From Bilabrum cf. latius (taxonomy: Eukaryota), in contig OZ237751.1 of assembly GCA_965178125.1 (NCBI GenBank), positions 620,001-684,000 on the forward strand: a stretch of DNA of 64,000 nucleotides. Direction: 5' to 3'. The translations under genes and the position numbers were made by a program. The number at the start of each line of letters is the position of its first letter. Positions within the stretch are counted from its first letter, which is position 1. Shown one piece after another: positions 28,677 to 39,130 of the stretch. The notes under the pieces were generated by a model that had not been told where the DNA came from, did no database searches, and was given only the letters and a program-made list of their open reading frames with translations.

Positions 28677-29903
28677 ATGAAGTATTACTGCGCTGTTCTG
28701 GGACTGCTACTGGTTGCGGTAGGAGTTGCAGTTGCAGATCCTGTGGAACTGACCGACGTGTTCCAATCGAAAGTCGGGGGGTATTCGTGCTACAGAGTGC
28801 CTTCACTCATTGCCAGCAATGGCGCGCTGCATGTATTTGTGGAAGCACGCAGGCCCAGCTGCGACGATCAAGCGCCGAAGGATATCCTGATGGCATCGAG
28901 CTTTGACGGAGGCTCGACTTGGCCAGCGAGGCAGCTCGTTGTCGGCCATTCTTTTGGAAATCAGACCTACCGCAATCCATACGCGATTGCACTGAACAAT
29001 GGCAGCATTCTTCTGCAATTCGTGAATTCGACGATGGCTCCTTGGACCAGCCATCAAACACGGTCAGATGACGGCGGGCTCACTTGGAGCGAACCCACAG
29101 CGCAGACAGGGCTACCCATTTGGATTGATGGCATCTTGGCTGGCCCAGGAACCGGCATTGTCCTGGGGCGAATTGCAGGAAAGTCGGCGCCGCGCACCGG
29201 TCGCTTGCTCAGTTGCGGAACCACTGGGTACCAGGCAGGACGGAACATGACCGCTGCGGCCTGGTACAGCGACGACGGTGGTGCGTCGTGGACCATGTCT
29301 GAGCCAGTGTTCCCCGGCATGGCAGAGTGCCAGGTGGCCGAGCTGGCTGACGGCACCGTGCTGATCAACTTCCGGGGTCGTCACGAGAACCCGTGCGACT
29401 GCAGGGCGCAAGCGAGCAGCAGCGACGGAGGTGCGACTTGGTCGCAGATCGAATGGGTGCCCGCTCTCGTGGAGCCAGTGTGCTCCGCCGGTCTCGTGTC
29501 GGATGCAGCTGCAGGGTGCCCCCAAGCGCAGGACCCCCAGCAGGTCCCGCTGATCTTCTCCAACCCAGCCACCAAGAAATCGAGGGTGAACATGACAGCC
29601 CGGGCTTCTTACGACGGTGGCAAGACTTGGGAGTGGGAGCAGCTGCTGTGGCAGGGCCCATCCGCCTACTCATGCCTCGCTGCTCTCGACGCTCCATGGG
29701 CCCTGAGGCTGCCTACTGCCAGTGGCGGCAACTTGGAGCGTGTCGGCTTGCGTTCGAATGGAGCGGCCGGTGAGGGTGCAGCAGGGGATTCAAATGGATG
29801 CCCCGGACGAATCGGCATTGTGTTTGAGCGAGGCGTGCAATCGGACTACGAGTACCTGACCTTCGCAGTGATTCAGCCGCCGCCGCTGTCATCGGGGTCG
29901 TGA
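28677..29903 (+). CDS. Secreted sialidase/neuraminidase (GH33, BNR/Asp-box)
   Basis: Signal peptide, YRVP (FRIP-like) motif and five Asp boxes (SFDGGSTW, SDDGGLTW, SDDGGASW, SSDGGATW, SYDGGKTW); TGA stop. Alternative in-frame ATG at 28650. Confidence 0.92.
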   Translation: MKYYCAVLGLLLVAVGVAVADPVELTDVFQSKVGGYSCYRVPSLIASNGALHVFVEARRPSCDDQAPKDILMASSFDGGSTWPARQLVVGHSFGNQTYRNPYAIALNNGSILLQFVNSTMAPWTSHQTRSDDGGLTWSEPTAQTGLPIWIDGILAGPGTGIVLGRIAGKSAPRTGRLLSCGTTGYQAGRNMTAAAWYSDDGGASWTMSEPVFPGMAECQVAELADGTVLINFRGRHENPCDCRAQASSSDGGATWSQIEWVPALVEPVCSAGLVSDAAAGCPQAQDPQQVPLIFSNPATKKSRVNMTARASYDGGKTWEWEQLLWQGPSAYSCLAALDAPWALRLPTASGGNLERVGLRSNGAAGEGAAGDSNGCPGRIGIVFERGVQSDYEYLTFAVIQPPPLSSGS

Positions 29904-30079
29904 ACGCGGCATCGAACAGATCCTGCTTGCTTGCTATATGTACACAATGACAATGCAAATAATGGCAAGTTTCCTAATTTGGCGGGCTGTTCACCGGCTG
30001 TTCATCAGCTGCAGCCTGCAGTTCTCTTGCGGAACCTTATTTGTCGCGGCGCCGCACAAGGATCCTGAAACGTCTAAAC

Positions 30080-30230
30080 CATTCTAGTCGTCTGATGTTT
30101 ACTACACGGAGTGGCGGTGGTTTCCCACCTCCACCCATCATCCCATGAGTTGTGTTGAGTTGGCCCCCTGGTTGGCCCGCCCCGGCTAGGCGCGGCGTCG
30201 TGCCGGCGCTGCTCTTGTCGGGGCTTATGC
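30080..30230. repeat. Split direct repeat A, copy 1 (151 bp)
   Basis: Identical by eye to 30449-30599 (cattctagtcgtctgatg...ggggcttatgc). Confidence 0.95.
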
Positions 30231-30288
30231 CGGGCAGGGGGTCGGAGGGTGCCCCCAGAACTAGAGTAATGGGGGCTGGGATGGTGGG

Positions 30289-30448
30289 TGGAACAGAAGA
30301 ACTTGAGAGTTGTTCTGTGATAATAATACTTACTTTGTTCCTCTGTTTTTAGGTAAGAGTGGCACGAGTGGTCCGGCGTGCTGGGCTCGGATCAATGTTG
30401 CGTGCACTTGCAGGCGCTAGAATGCCGTATAACTGGAAGTGATGAGCA
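30289..30448. repeat. Split direct repeat B, copy 1 (160 bp)
   Basis: Identical by eye to 37169-37328 (tggaacagaagaacttg...gaagtgatgagca). Confidence 0.95.
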
Positions 30449-30599
30449 CATTCTAGTCGTCTGATGTTTACTACACGGAGTGGCGGTGGTTTCCCACCTC
30501 CACCCATCATCCCATGAGTTGTGTTGAGTTGGCCCCCTGGTTGGCCCGCCCCGGCTAGGCGCGGCGTCGTGCCGGCGCTGCTCTTGTCGGGGCTTATGC
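30449..30599. repeat. Split direct repeat A, copy 2 (abuts B copy 1)
   Basis: Direct copy of 30080-30230. Confidence 0.95.
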
Positions 30600-30723
30600 T
30601 AACTTGGCCGGCCAAGGGGCCAAATCGGTTGGGTTGTAGTGTGTGTGACCGTTGCGGGACCGAATGGGTTAGCTACGGTTAGGGCGCTGTAGCAGCGCCC
30701 ATGGACAAACCGCCGGGGTTGTC

Positions 30724-31462
30724 TATGTCACTGAGGACAGCCCCCCTCGTGGGCTCGTCCCTTGACGATCTGAACAGATCAGGGCGACGGCAGCATGACA
30801 TCGGCGGTCGCAGCGTTGCGGGCCGTGGTCTCCGGTGGGGTTGGCCGGATGGGATGTCGGCACCGCTTGCGTCAGTTTCGGTGCGATGTGTATGTCACTG
30901 GGGACAGCCCCCCTCGTGGGCTCGTCCCTTGACGATCTGAACAGATCAGGGCGACGGCAGCATGACATCGGCGGTCGCAGCGTTGCGGGCCGTGGTCTCC
31001 GGTGGGGTTGGCCGGTTTGGATGTCGGTGCCACGCGCGGCGGGTGCGGTGCGGTGGCTGAGTCCCAGGGGACCGCCCCCTTCGTGGGTTCGTCCGTTGAC
31101 GATATGAACAGATCAGAGCAATGCATCAGGGCAGCGGCCATCGCAGCGTTGCGGGGCTTGGTTGGCCGTGGCGGGGCCGATATGGCTAGCTACGGCCGGG
31201 TCGCCAGTGGTTCGGCAAGCCGGTACCCGGACCGCACGAGCCACGGTGACGCCGCGGCTTCGTGCCGCAGAGTTGGCGATAAGCTGCCGAGTCTGGGAAT
31301 CGGCAGGGACCGCCCTAGTACAGTCCGTCATGGGTGTCTATGTCACTTTGGACAGCCCCCCTTGTGGGCTCGTCCTTTGACGATCTGAGCATATCGGAGA
31401 ATGGCATCAGAATAGCGGCAGTCGCAGCGTTGCGGGCCGTGGTCACCGGTGGGGTCGGCCGG
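30724..31462. repeat. ~167-bp repeat family: two near-identical and two degenerate copies
   Basis: tatgtcactg(a/g)ggacagcccccctcgtgggctcgtcccttgacgatctgaacagatc starts at 30724 and 30891; diverged copies near 31061 and 31339. Confidence 0.85.
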
Positions 31463-31531
31463 AACAATAATTTGGATGCCGCTCCATTCAGGTGGCAGTA
31501 GATGCTAACCATACGTAACTTAAACTAAGCT

Positions 31532-34500
31532 CAGTATGAGGCCGAGCCAATCAAGGCAAGCAGCGATCAGACGATCAGCTGCAGTCGTAGGCCAGTACGT
31601 GGCCGAGCCAATCAAGGCAAGCAGCGATCAGGCGATCAGCTGCACTGCGAGGCTCTCGAGCCGAGCCCGCACGAGGCCAGTATGTGACCGAGCCAATCAG
31701 GGCAAGCAGCGATCCAGCGATCAACTGCACTGCGAGGCTCGCCGAGCCGAGCCAGGACGAGGCCAGTATGTGGCCGAGTCAATCAAGGCAAGCAGCGATC
31801 CAATGATCAGCTGCACTGCAAGGCTCTCGATCCGAGCCAGCCAAAGGCCAGTACGTGGCCGAGCCAATCAAGGCAAGCAGCGATCAGACGATCAGCTGCA
31901 GTCGTAGGCCAGTACGTGGCCGAGCCAATCAGGGCAAGCAGCGATCAGGCGATCAACTGCACTGCGAGGCTCTCGAGCCGAGCCCGCACGAGGCCAGTAT
32001 GTGGCCGAGCCAATCAGGGCAAGCAGCGATCCAGCGATCAACTGCACTGCGAGGCTCGCCGAGCCGAGCCCTCACGAGGCCAGTATGTGGCCGAGCCAAT
32101 CAAGGCAAGCAGCGATCCGGCGATCAGCTGCACTGCGAGGCTCGCCGAGCCGAGCCCTCACGAGGCCAGTATGTGGCCGAGCCAATCAAGGCAAGCAGCG
32201 ATCCAGCGATCAGCTGCACTGCGAGGCTCTCAAGTCGAGCCCGCACGAGGCCAGTACGTGGCCGAGCCAATCAGGGCAAGCAGCGATCAGGCGATCAGCT
32301 GCACTGCGAGGCTCTCGAGCCGAGCCAGCCAAAGGCCAGTACGTGGCCGAGCCAATCAGGGCAAGCAGCGATCAGGCGATCAGCTGCACTGCGAGGCTCG
32401 CCGAGCCGAGCCAGGACGAGGCCAGTATGTGGCCGAGCCAATCAAGGCAAGCAGCGATCCAGCGATCATCTGCACTGCGAGGCTCTCAAGTCGAGCCCGC
32501 ACGAGGCCAGTACGTGGCCGAGCCAATCAGGGCAAGCAGCGATCCAACGATCAGCTGCACTGCGAGGCTCTCGAGCCGAGCCAGCCAAAGGCCAGTACGT
32601 GGCCGAGCCAGTCAAGGCAAGCAGCGATCAGACGATCAGCTGCACTGCGAGGCTCTCGAGCCGAGCCAGCCAAAGGCCAGTACGTGGCCGAGCCAATCAG
32701 GGCAAGCAGCGATCCAGCGATCAGCTGCACTGCGAGGCTCTCAAGCCGAGCCAGGACCAGGCCAGTATGTGGCCGAGCCAATCAGGGCAAGCAGCGATCC
32801 AGCGATCAGCCGCACTGCGAGGCTCTCGAGCCGAGCCAGCCAAAGGCCAGTACGTGGCCGAGCCAATCAAGGCAAGCAGCGATCCAGCGATCAGCTGCAC
32901 TGCGAGGCTCTCAAGCCGAGCCCTCACCAGGCCAGTATGTGGCCGAGCCAATCAGGGCAAGCAGCGATCCGGCGATCAGCTGCTCTGCAAGGCTCTCGAT
33001 CCGAGCCAGGACGAGGCCAGTATGTGGCCGAGCCAATCAAGGCAAGCAGCGATCAGGCGATCAGCTGCACTGCGAGGCTCGCCGAGCCGAGCAAGGACGA
33101 GGCCAGTATGTGGCCGAGCCAATCAAGGCAAGCAGCGATCCGGCGATCAGCTGCACTGCGAGGCTCTCGAGCCGAGCCAGCCAAAGGCCAGTACGTGGCC
33201 GAGCCAATCAAGGCAAGCAGCGATCCGGCGATCAGCTGCACTGCGAGGCTCTCAAGCCGAGCCAGCACGAGGCCAGTATGTGGCCGAGCCAATCAAGGCA
33301 AGCAGCGATCAGGCGATCAGCTGCACTGCGAGGCTCTCGAGCCGAGCCAGGACCAGGCCAGTACGTGGCCGAGCCAATCAAGGCAAGCAGCGATCCGGCG
33401 ATCAGCTGCATTGCGAGGCCCTCCAGCCGAGCCAGGACGAGGCCAGTACGTGGCCGAGCCAATCAGGGCAAGCAGCGATCCAGCGATCAGCTGCACTGCG
33501 AGGCTCTCGAGCCGAGCCCGCACGCGGCCAGTGCGTGGCCGAGCCAATCAAGGCAAGCAGCGATCCGGCGATCAGCTGCACTGCGAGGCTCTCGAGCCGA
33601 GCCAGCCTAAGGCCAGTATGTGGCCGAGCCAATCAAGGCAAGCAGCGATCCGGCGATCAGCTGCACTGCGAGGCCCTCCAGCCGGGCCAGCCAAAGGCCA
33701 GTACGTGGCCGAGCCAATCAGGGCAAGCAGCGATCAGGCGATCAGCTGCACTGCGAGGCTCTCAAGCCGAGCCCGCACGAGGCCAGTACGTGGCCGAGCC
33801 AATCAGGGCAAGCAGCGATCCCGCGATCAACTGCCTGCAAGGCTCGCCGAGCCGAGCCTGCACAAGGCCAGTATGTGGCCGAGCCAATCAAGGCAAGCAG
33901 CGATCCAGCGATCAGCTGCACTGCAAGGCTCTCGAGCCGAGCCAGGACCAGGCCAGTACGTGGCCGGGCCAATCAAGGCAAGCAGCGATCCGGCGATCAG
34001 CTGCACTGCGAGGCTCTCGAGCCGAGCCAGCCTAAGGCCAGTATGTGGCCGAGCCAATCAAGGCAAGCAGCGATCCGGCGATCAGCTGCACTGCGAGGCC
34101 CTCAAGCCGAGCCAGCCAAAGGCCAGTACGTGGCCGAGCCAATCAGGGCAAGCAGCGATCAGGCGATCAGCTGCACTGCGAGGCTCTCAAGCCGAGCCCG
34201 CACGAGGCCAGTACGTGGCCGAGCCAATCAGAGCAAGCAGCGATCCGGCGATCAACTGCCTGCAAGGCTCGCCGAGCCGAGCCTGCACAAGGCCAGTATG
34301 TGGCCGAGCCAATCAAGGCAAGCAGCGATCCGGTGATCAGCTGCACTGCGAGGCTCTCGAGCCGAGCCCTCACGAGGCCAGTACGTGGCCGAGCCAATCA
34401 GGGCAAGCAGCGATCAGGCTCTCAAGCCGAGCCCGCACGAGGCCAGTACGTGGCCGAGCCAATCAGGGCAAGCAGCGATCCGGCGATCAACTGCCTGCAA

Positions 34501-35977
34501 GGCTCGCCGAGCCGAGCCTGCACAAGGCCAGTATGTGGCCGAGCCAATCAAGGCAAGCAGCGATCCGGTGATCAGCTGCACTGCGAGGCTCTCGAGCCGA
34601 GCCCGCACGAGGCCAGTATGTGGCCGAGCCAATCAGGGCAAGCAGCGATCCCGCGATCAACTGCCTGCAAGGCTCGCCGAGCCGAGCCAGGACGAGGCCA
34701 GTACGTGGCCGAGCCAATCAAGGCAAGCAGCGATCCGGCGATCGGCTGCACTGCGAGGCTCGCCGAGCCGAGCCAGGACGAGGCCAGTACGTGGCCGAGC
34801 CAATCAAGGCAAGCAGCGATCAGGCGATCAGCTGCACTGCGAGGCTCTCGAGCCGAGCCAGCCTAAGGCCAGTACGTGGCCGAGCCAATCAAGGCAAGCA
34901 GCGATCAGGCGATCAGCTGCACTGCGAGGCCCTCAAGCCGAGCCAGCCAAAGGCCAGTACGTGGCCGAGCCAATCAGGGCAAGCAGCGATCCGGCGATCA
35001 GCTGCACTGCGAGGCTCTCGAGCCGAGCCCTCACGAGGCCAGTACGTGGCCGAGCCAATCAAGGCAAGCAGCGATCCGGCGATCGGCTGCACTGCGAGGC
35101 TCGCCGAGCCGAGCCAGGACGAGGCCAGTACGTGGCCGAGCCAATCAAGGCAAGCAGCGATCCGGCGATCAACTGCACTGCGAGGCTCGCCGAGCCGAGC
35201 CAGGACGAGGCCAGTACGTGGCCGAGCCAATCAAGGCAAGCAGCGATCCGGCGATCAACTGCCTGCAAGGCTCGCCGAGCCGAGCCTGCACAAGGCCAGT
35301 ATGTGGCCGAGCCAATCAAGGCAAGCAGCGATCCGGTGATCAGCTGCACTGCGAGGCTCTCGAGCCGAGCCCTCACGAGGCCAGTATGAGGCCGAGCCAA
35401 TCAAGGCAAGCAGCGATCCGGCGATCGGCTGCACTGCGAGGCTCGCCGAGCCGAGCCAGGACGAGGCCAGTACGTGGCCGAGCCAATCAAGGCAAGCAGC
35501 GATCAGACGATCAGCTGCACTGCGAGGCTCTCGAGCCGAGCCAGGACGATGCCAGTACGTGGCCGAGCCAGTCAAGGCAAGCAGCGATCCGGCGATTAGC
35601 TGCACCGCGAGGCTCTCGAGCCGAGCCCGCACGAGGCCAGTATGTGGCCTTTGTCAATCAAGGCAAGCAGCGATCAGGCGATCAGCTGCACTGCGAGGCT
35701 CGCCGAGCCGAGCCAGGACGAGGCCAGTATGTGGCCTAGCCAATCAAGGCAAGCAGCGAGCCGGCGATCAGCTGCGCTGCGAGGCTCGCCGAGCCGAGCA
35801 AGGACGAGGCCAGTACGTGGCCGAGCCAATCAAGGCAAGCAACGATCCGGCGATCAGCTGCACTGCGAGGCTCTCGAGCCGAGGCAGGACGAGGCCAGTA
35901 TGTGGCCGCACCAATCAAGGCAAGCAGCGATCAGGCGATCAGCTGCACTGCAAGGCTCGCGAGTTAGCACGAGGCCA
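31532..35977. repeat. 85-bp tandem satellite, about 52 units
   Basis: Consensus ggccagta(c/t)gtggccgagccaatca(a/g)ggcaagcagcgatcNNNcgatcagctgcactgcgaggctctcgagccgagcc plus a variable ~7-8 nt linker; a few units are truncated. Confidence 0.97.
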
Positions 35978-36283
35978 TCATGCCGTCGGTGAGGAGCGTA
36001 GGTCCGTTATCGGGTGTTGCCGATTGGTGGAGCGTATGCTTGATAGCCGTTTTGTAGCGGATGCTTGCTGCACAAAACCCTTGGCGTTGCCCGGCACTTG
36101 GATAGCGGCCGCGTGGCATGTGGCCCGGTTGCAGATCGCACGCCCGTTTTGGGGCGTCTCACAACGACGGACCCAGGGTCCAAAGAAGCGCTTGATAGCA
36201 GCATGCTTGATTTCTTATTTCGTTTTGACATGATCGAATGTTTCTGTGGCTTAGCGCCGTGCCAGGTGCGCAGGGTGCGCACA

Positions 36284-37075
36284 ATGTGTCCCGACGCCGG
36301 AACACAAAAATGGGGTTAGCAACCCCAGCCTCACAACAGAGGACTTATTCACACGCTATCATAGCGGTGTTTGAACCCAAGGTTCAGCTGCTGGCACCGC
36401 GGTAGGTGCACAGCCGGGCTACGGACCGGCACGGCCCGAATAGCTCAGAAATGTGTCCGGACGCCGGAACACAAAAATGGGGTTAGCAACCCCAGCCTCA
36501 CAACAGAGGACTTATTCACACGCTATCATAGCGGTGTTTGAACCCAAGGTTCAGCGACTGGCACCGCGGTAGGTGCACAGCCGGGCTACGGACCGGCACG
36601 GCCCGATAGCTCAGAAATGTGTCCGGACGCCGGAACACAAAAATGGGGTTAGCAACCCCAGCCTCACAACAGAGGACTTATTCACACGCTATCATAGCGG
36701 TGTTTGAACCCAAGGTTCAGCAGCTGGCACCGCGGTAGGTGCACAGCCGGGCTACGGACCGGCACGGCCCGAATAGCTCAGAAATGTGTCCGGACGCCGG
36801 AACACAAAAATGGGGTTAGCAACCCCAGCCTCACAACAGAGGACTTATTCACACGCTATCATAGCGGTGTTTGAACCCAAGGTTCAGCGACTGGCACCGC
36901 GGTAGGTGCACAGCCGGGCTACGGACCGGCACGGCCCGATAGCTCAGAAATGTGTCCGGACGCCGGAACACAAAAATGGGGTTAGCAACCCCAGCCTCAC
37001 AACAGAGGACTTATTCACACGCTATCATAGCGGTGTTTGAACCCAAGGTTCAGCAGCTGGCACCGTGCAGGTGCC
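36284..37075. repeat. 166/167-bp tandem repeat, about 4.7 copies
   Basis: Units start with atgtgtcc at 36284, 36451, 36617, 36784 and 36950. Confidence 0.96.
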
Positions 37076-37168
37076 TACGCAGCAGCCGGGAACGGTCCCG
37101 CAACTGTCACGCAAACAACAACCCAATCTTCCGTAGGAATGAGACACAATGCGGACACAGTGGGTGTT

Positions 37169-37328
37169 TGGAACAGAAGAACTTGAGAGTTGTTCTGTGA
37201 TAATAATACTTACTTTGTTCCTCTGTTTTTAGGTAAGAGTGGCACGAGTGGTCCGGCGTGCTGGGCTCGGATCAATGTTGCGTGCACTTGCAGGCGCTAG
37301 AATGCCGTATAACTGGAAGTGATGAGCA
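37169..37328. repeat. Split direct repeat B, copy 2
   Basis: Direct copy of 30289-30448. Confidence 0.95.
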
Positions 37329-37362
37329 TATTCACACAAATATATACTCAGATAGGAATAGC

Positions 37363-38720
37363 ATGCTAACCACATTGGCTATTCTCGGTGCTATGGCTCT
37401 TTCGTCGGCCAACGCTGCTAGCCAAGGCCTGTTTGGCATGTCGGAGCAGATTCAGCTCGGCAAGATCGACACGAAAGCTGGAACATTCTCTGGAATTGGT
37501 GCGCCATGCCCTTATGAGGCGCAGGCCCAAGAGCTCTCTTCGATCGATTCGAAGAAAGGTAAGCTGACAACTACAGTAGGCGCAAGGCGCTACGACATCG
37601 CGTATTCGATGCTCCAAGATGCAGTCGACTCACAAAGCAATTATTGAAATAATCAATCATAATCTTCAATGCCCATCTACGTACGCAGGCGTTTACTACA
37701 TCATTGGTAAGACATGTGCTGCAATGGCGGTGGATAAGCGCCGCACATGCCGTGACAATTCAGAGTTGCTTGGCACCTTGATGAGGGCACGATGCGATGC
37801 CAAGCCTCATCCAGGACCTGTGTTTCGATCATCCCCGCAGGCTACGAGCTTATTGCAGCGAAGCCAAACCTGGTCGGCATCGATGTCTCTAGCGGCCAGG
37901 TGGTCACCAATGTAACACTACCGTTCGCTGGTAAGGGCTTGCTGGTCTGGTCTCATCTCGTCCCGCCTCGTCCGGGCAAAAGCGCAAGACAATGCACCGA
38001 TTTCAGCATCCTCGAACCGATTCGGCCCTGGCACATTAACAATTGAATTTGTACGCAGAGAGCGCGTTCGTGGGCGTCGGCCAGCAGATTGACATCGACC
38101 CTACCACCGGGCACGTGTTCGCCGGCGGTAGGCTAGTCCCCAAAGGACCCCACACCGTGGGCACTGTGGATCCCGCCACTGGTGACTTCACCAAGATCGC
38201 CTCCATCAACGGGACCTACTTGCCCGTGCTAGGCGGCGCCTCTGCCTACGACCCCACCACGAACCAGCTGATGCTGCAGCTCGGGGTCGCGGACGCCATC
38301 GACATCTTTGTGGTCGAGACGACCACAGGAACGATTTAGAAGATTGACGAGGACCCCGAGGAGGGGCGCGTGCTCACCACGCTGCAGTACAACCCCAAGG
38401 ACGCGCTCGTGTACGGCCTGGGCATCAAGCCCAACGGCAAGGGTGGCATCGAGCGCACGCTCGTCACACTTGACCTCAAGACCAAGGCATACAACACCGT
38501 GTGCGAGATCACCGACTTTTTGATCGAGTCCGGCGGCGAATCCGCCCTCGATTATGACGCCGGCGTGCTGACCTGGATCGGACAGAAGGCAGGCGCCAAG
38601 CCGACCGATCCCTTCAACCTCATCTCCACGGACATCAAGACCTGCAAGACGGTCAATGCACCCCAGCTGTGCTCTTCGGACGCGTCCTGCCCCTGGAGCA
38701 TCGAGTACCGGATGGTGTGA
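37363..38720 (+). CDS. Secreted, probably beta-propeller protein; exons 37363-37558, 37689-37706, 37841-37930, 38059-38720
   Basis: Signal peptide MLTTLAILGAMALSSANA; three GTAAG...CGCAG introns keep the frame; repeated IDPTTG/YDPTT strand motifs; one in-frame TAG at 38337; TGA stop. Confidence 0.8.
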
Positions 38721-39130
38721 AAGAAGCGCTGATGCGGAGCAGCTGCTTTTTTGGGCGAGCACAGGGAGTGGTCTTGAAACGGAGCTCTCCCTGCAGCCCT
38801 TCATTGCCCCGGCGAGCAGGCCTCGGGGTGCGGTCCAGAGTTTCAATTATCCTGGTCTCGGCAAATCATCGATGCCTCTCGCATGCGGGTTGCGTGTACT
38901 TTTTGCATCTTGCAGCGCGCGCTCGGCGCCATTGGGTCCTTGGATCAACTTCAACCAGGTGATGCGGTTGCTTGCTTGAAGTCCACACGCGCGTTTGTCC
39001 TATTTATTACAGTCAACGCCCCGACCGCGACGGCGTGGCAGCCGCGGCTCCAGCCACCACTGGCAAACGAACCTTGACCGAACCTTGCGAACCATGCCGC
39101 GGCAAAAATTGCTTGCCACACGGCCCAAGC

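Larger units (their letters stand above)
30080..37333 (-). mobile_element. Non-autonomous split-direct-repeat (Ngaro/PAT/TOC1-like) tyrosine-recombinase retroelement filled with tandem repeats
   Basis: On the plus strand the order is A(30080-30230), 58-bp spacer, B(30289-30448), A(30449-30599), ~6.6 kb interior, B(37169-37328). Read on the minus strand this is the A1-interior-B1A2-B2 layout. No gag/RT/YR ORF is seen. Confidence 0.78.

Noticed and set aside
31855-35992. Long ORFs (726, 564, 856 aa etc.) in the satellite
   Set aside because: The 85-bp unit lacks plus-strand stops and is not a multiple of 3, so all three frames are open and cycle through the same peptides. Rare point variants break them at random; there is no coding signature.
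31532-37075. CRISPR array
   Set aside because: No unique spacers (variable parts are short and reused), no cas genes, and the context is eukaryotic.
30080-37333. Hammerhead retrozyme or ordinary LTR element
   Set aside because: No CUGANGA/GAAA core with proper stems was noticed; the repeats are split rather than LTR-like, with no TG..CA ends or PBS.
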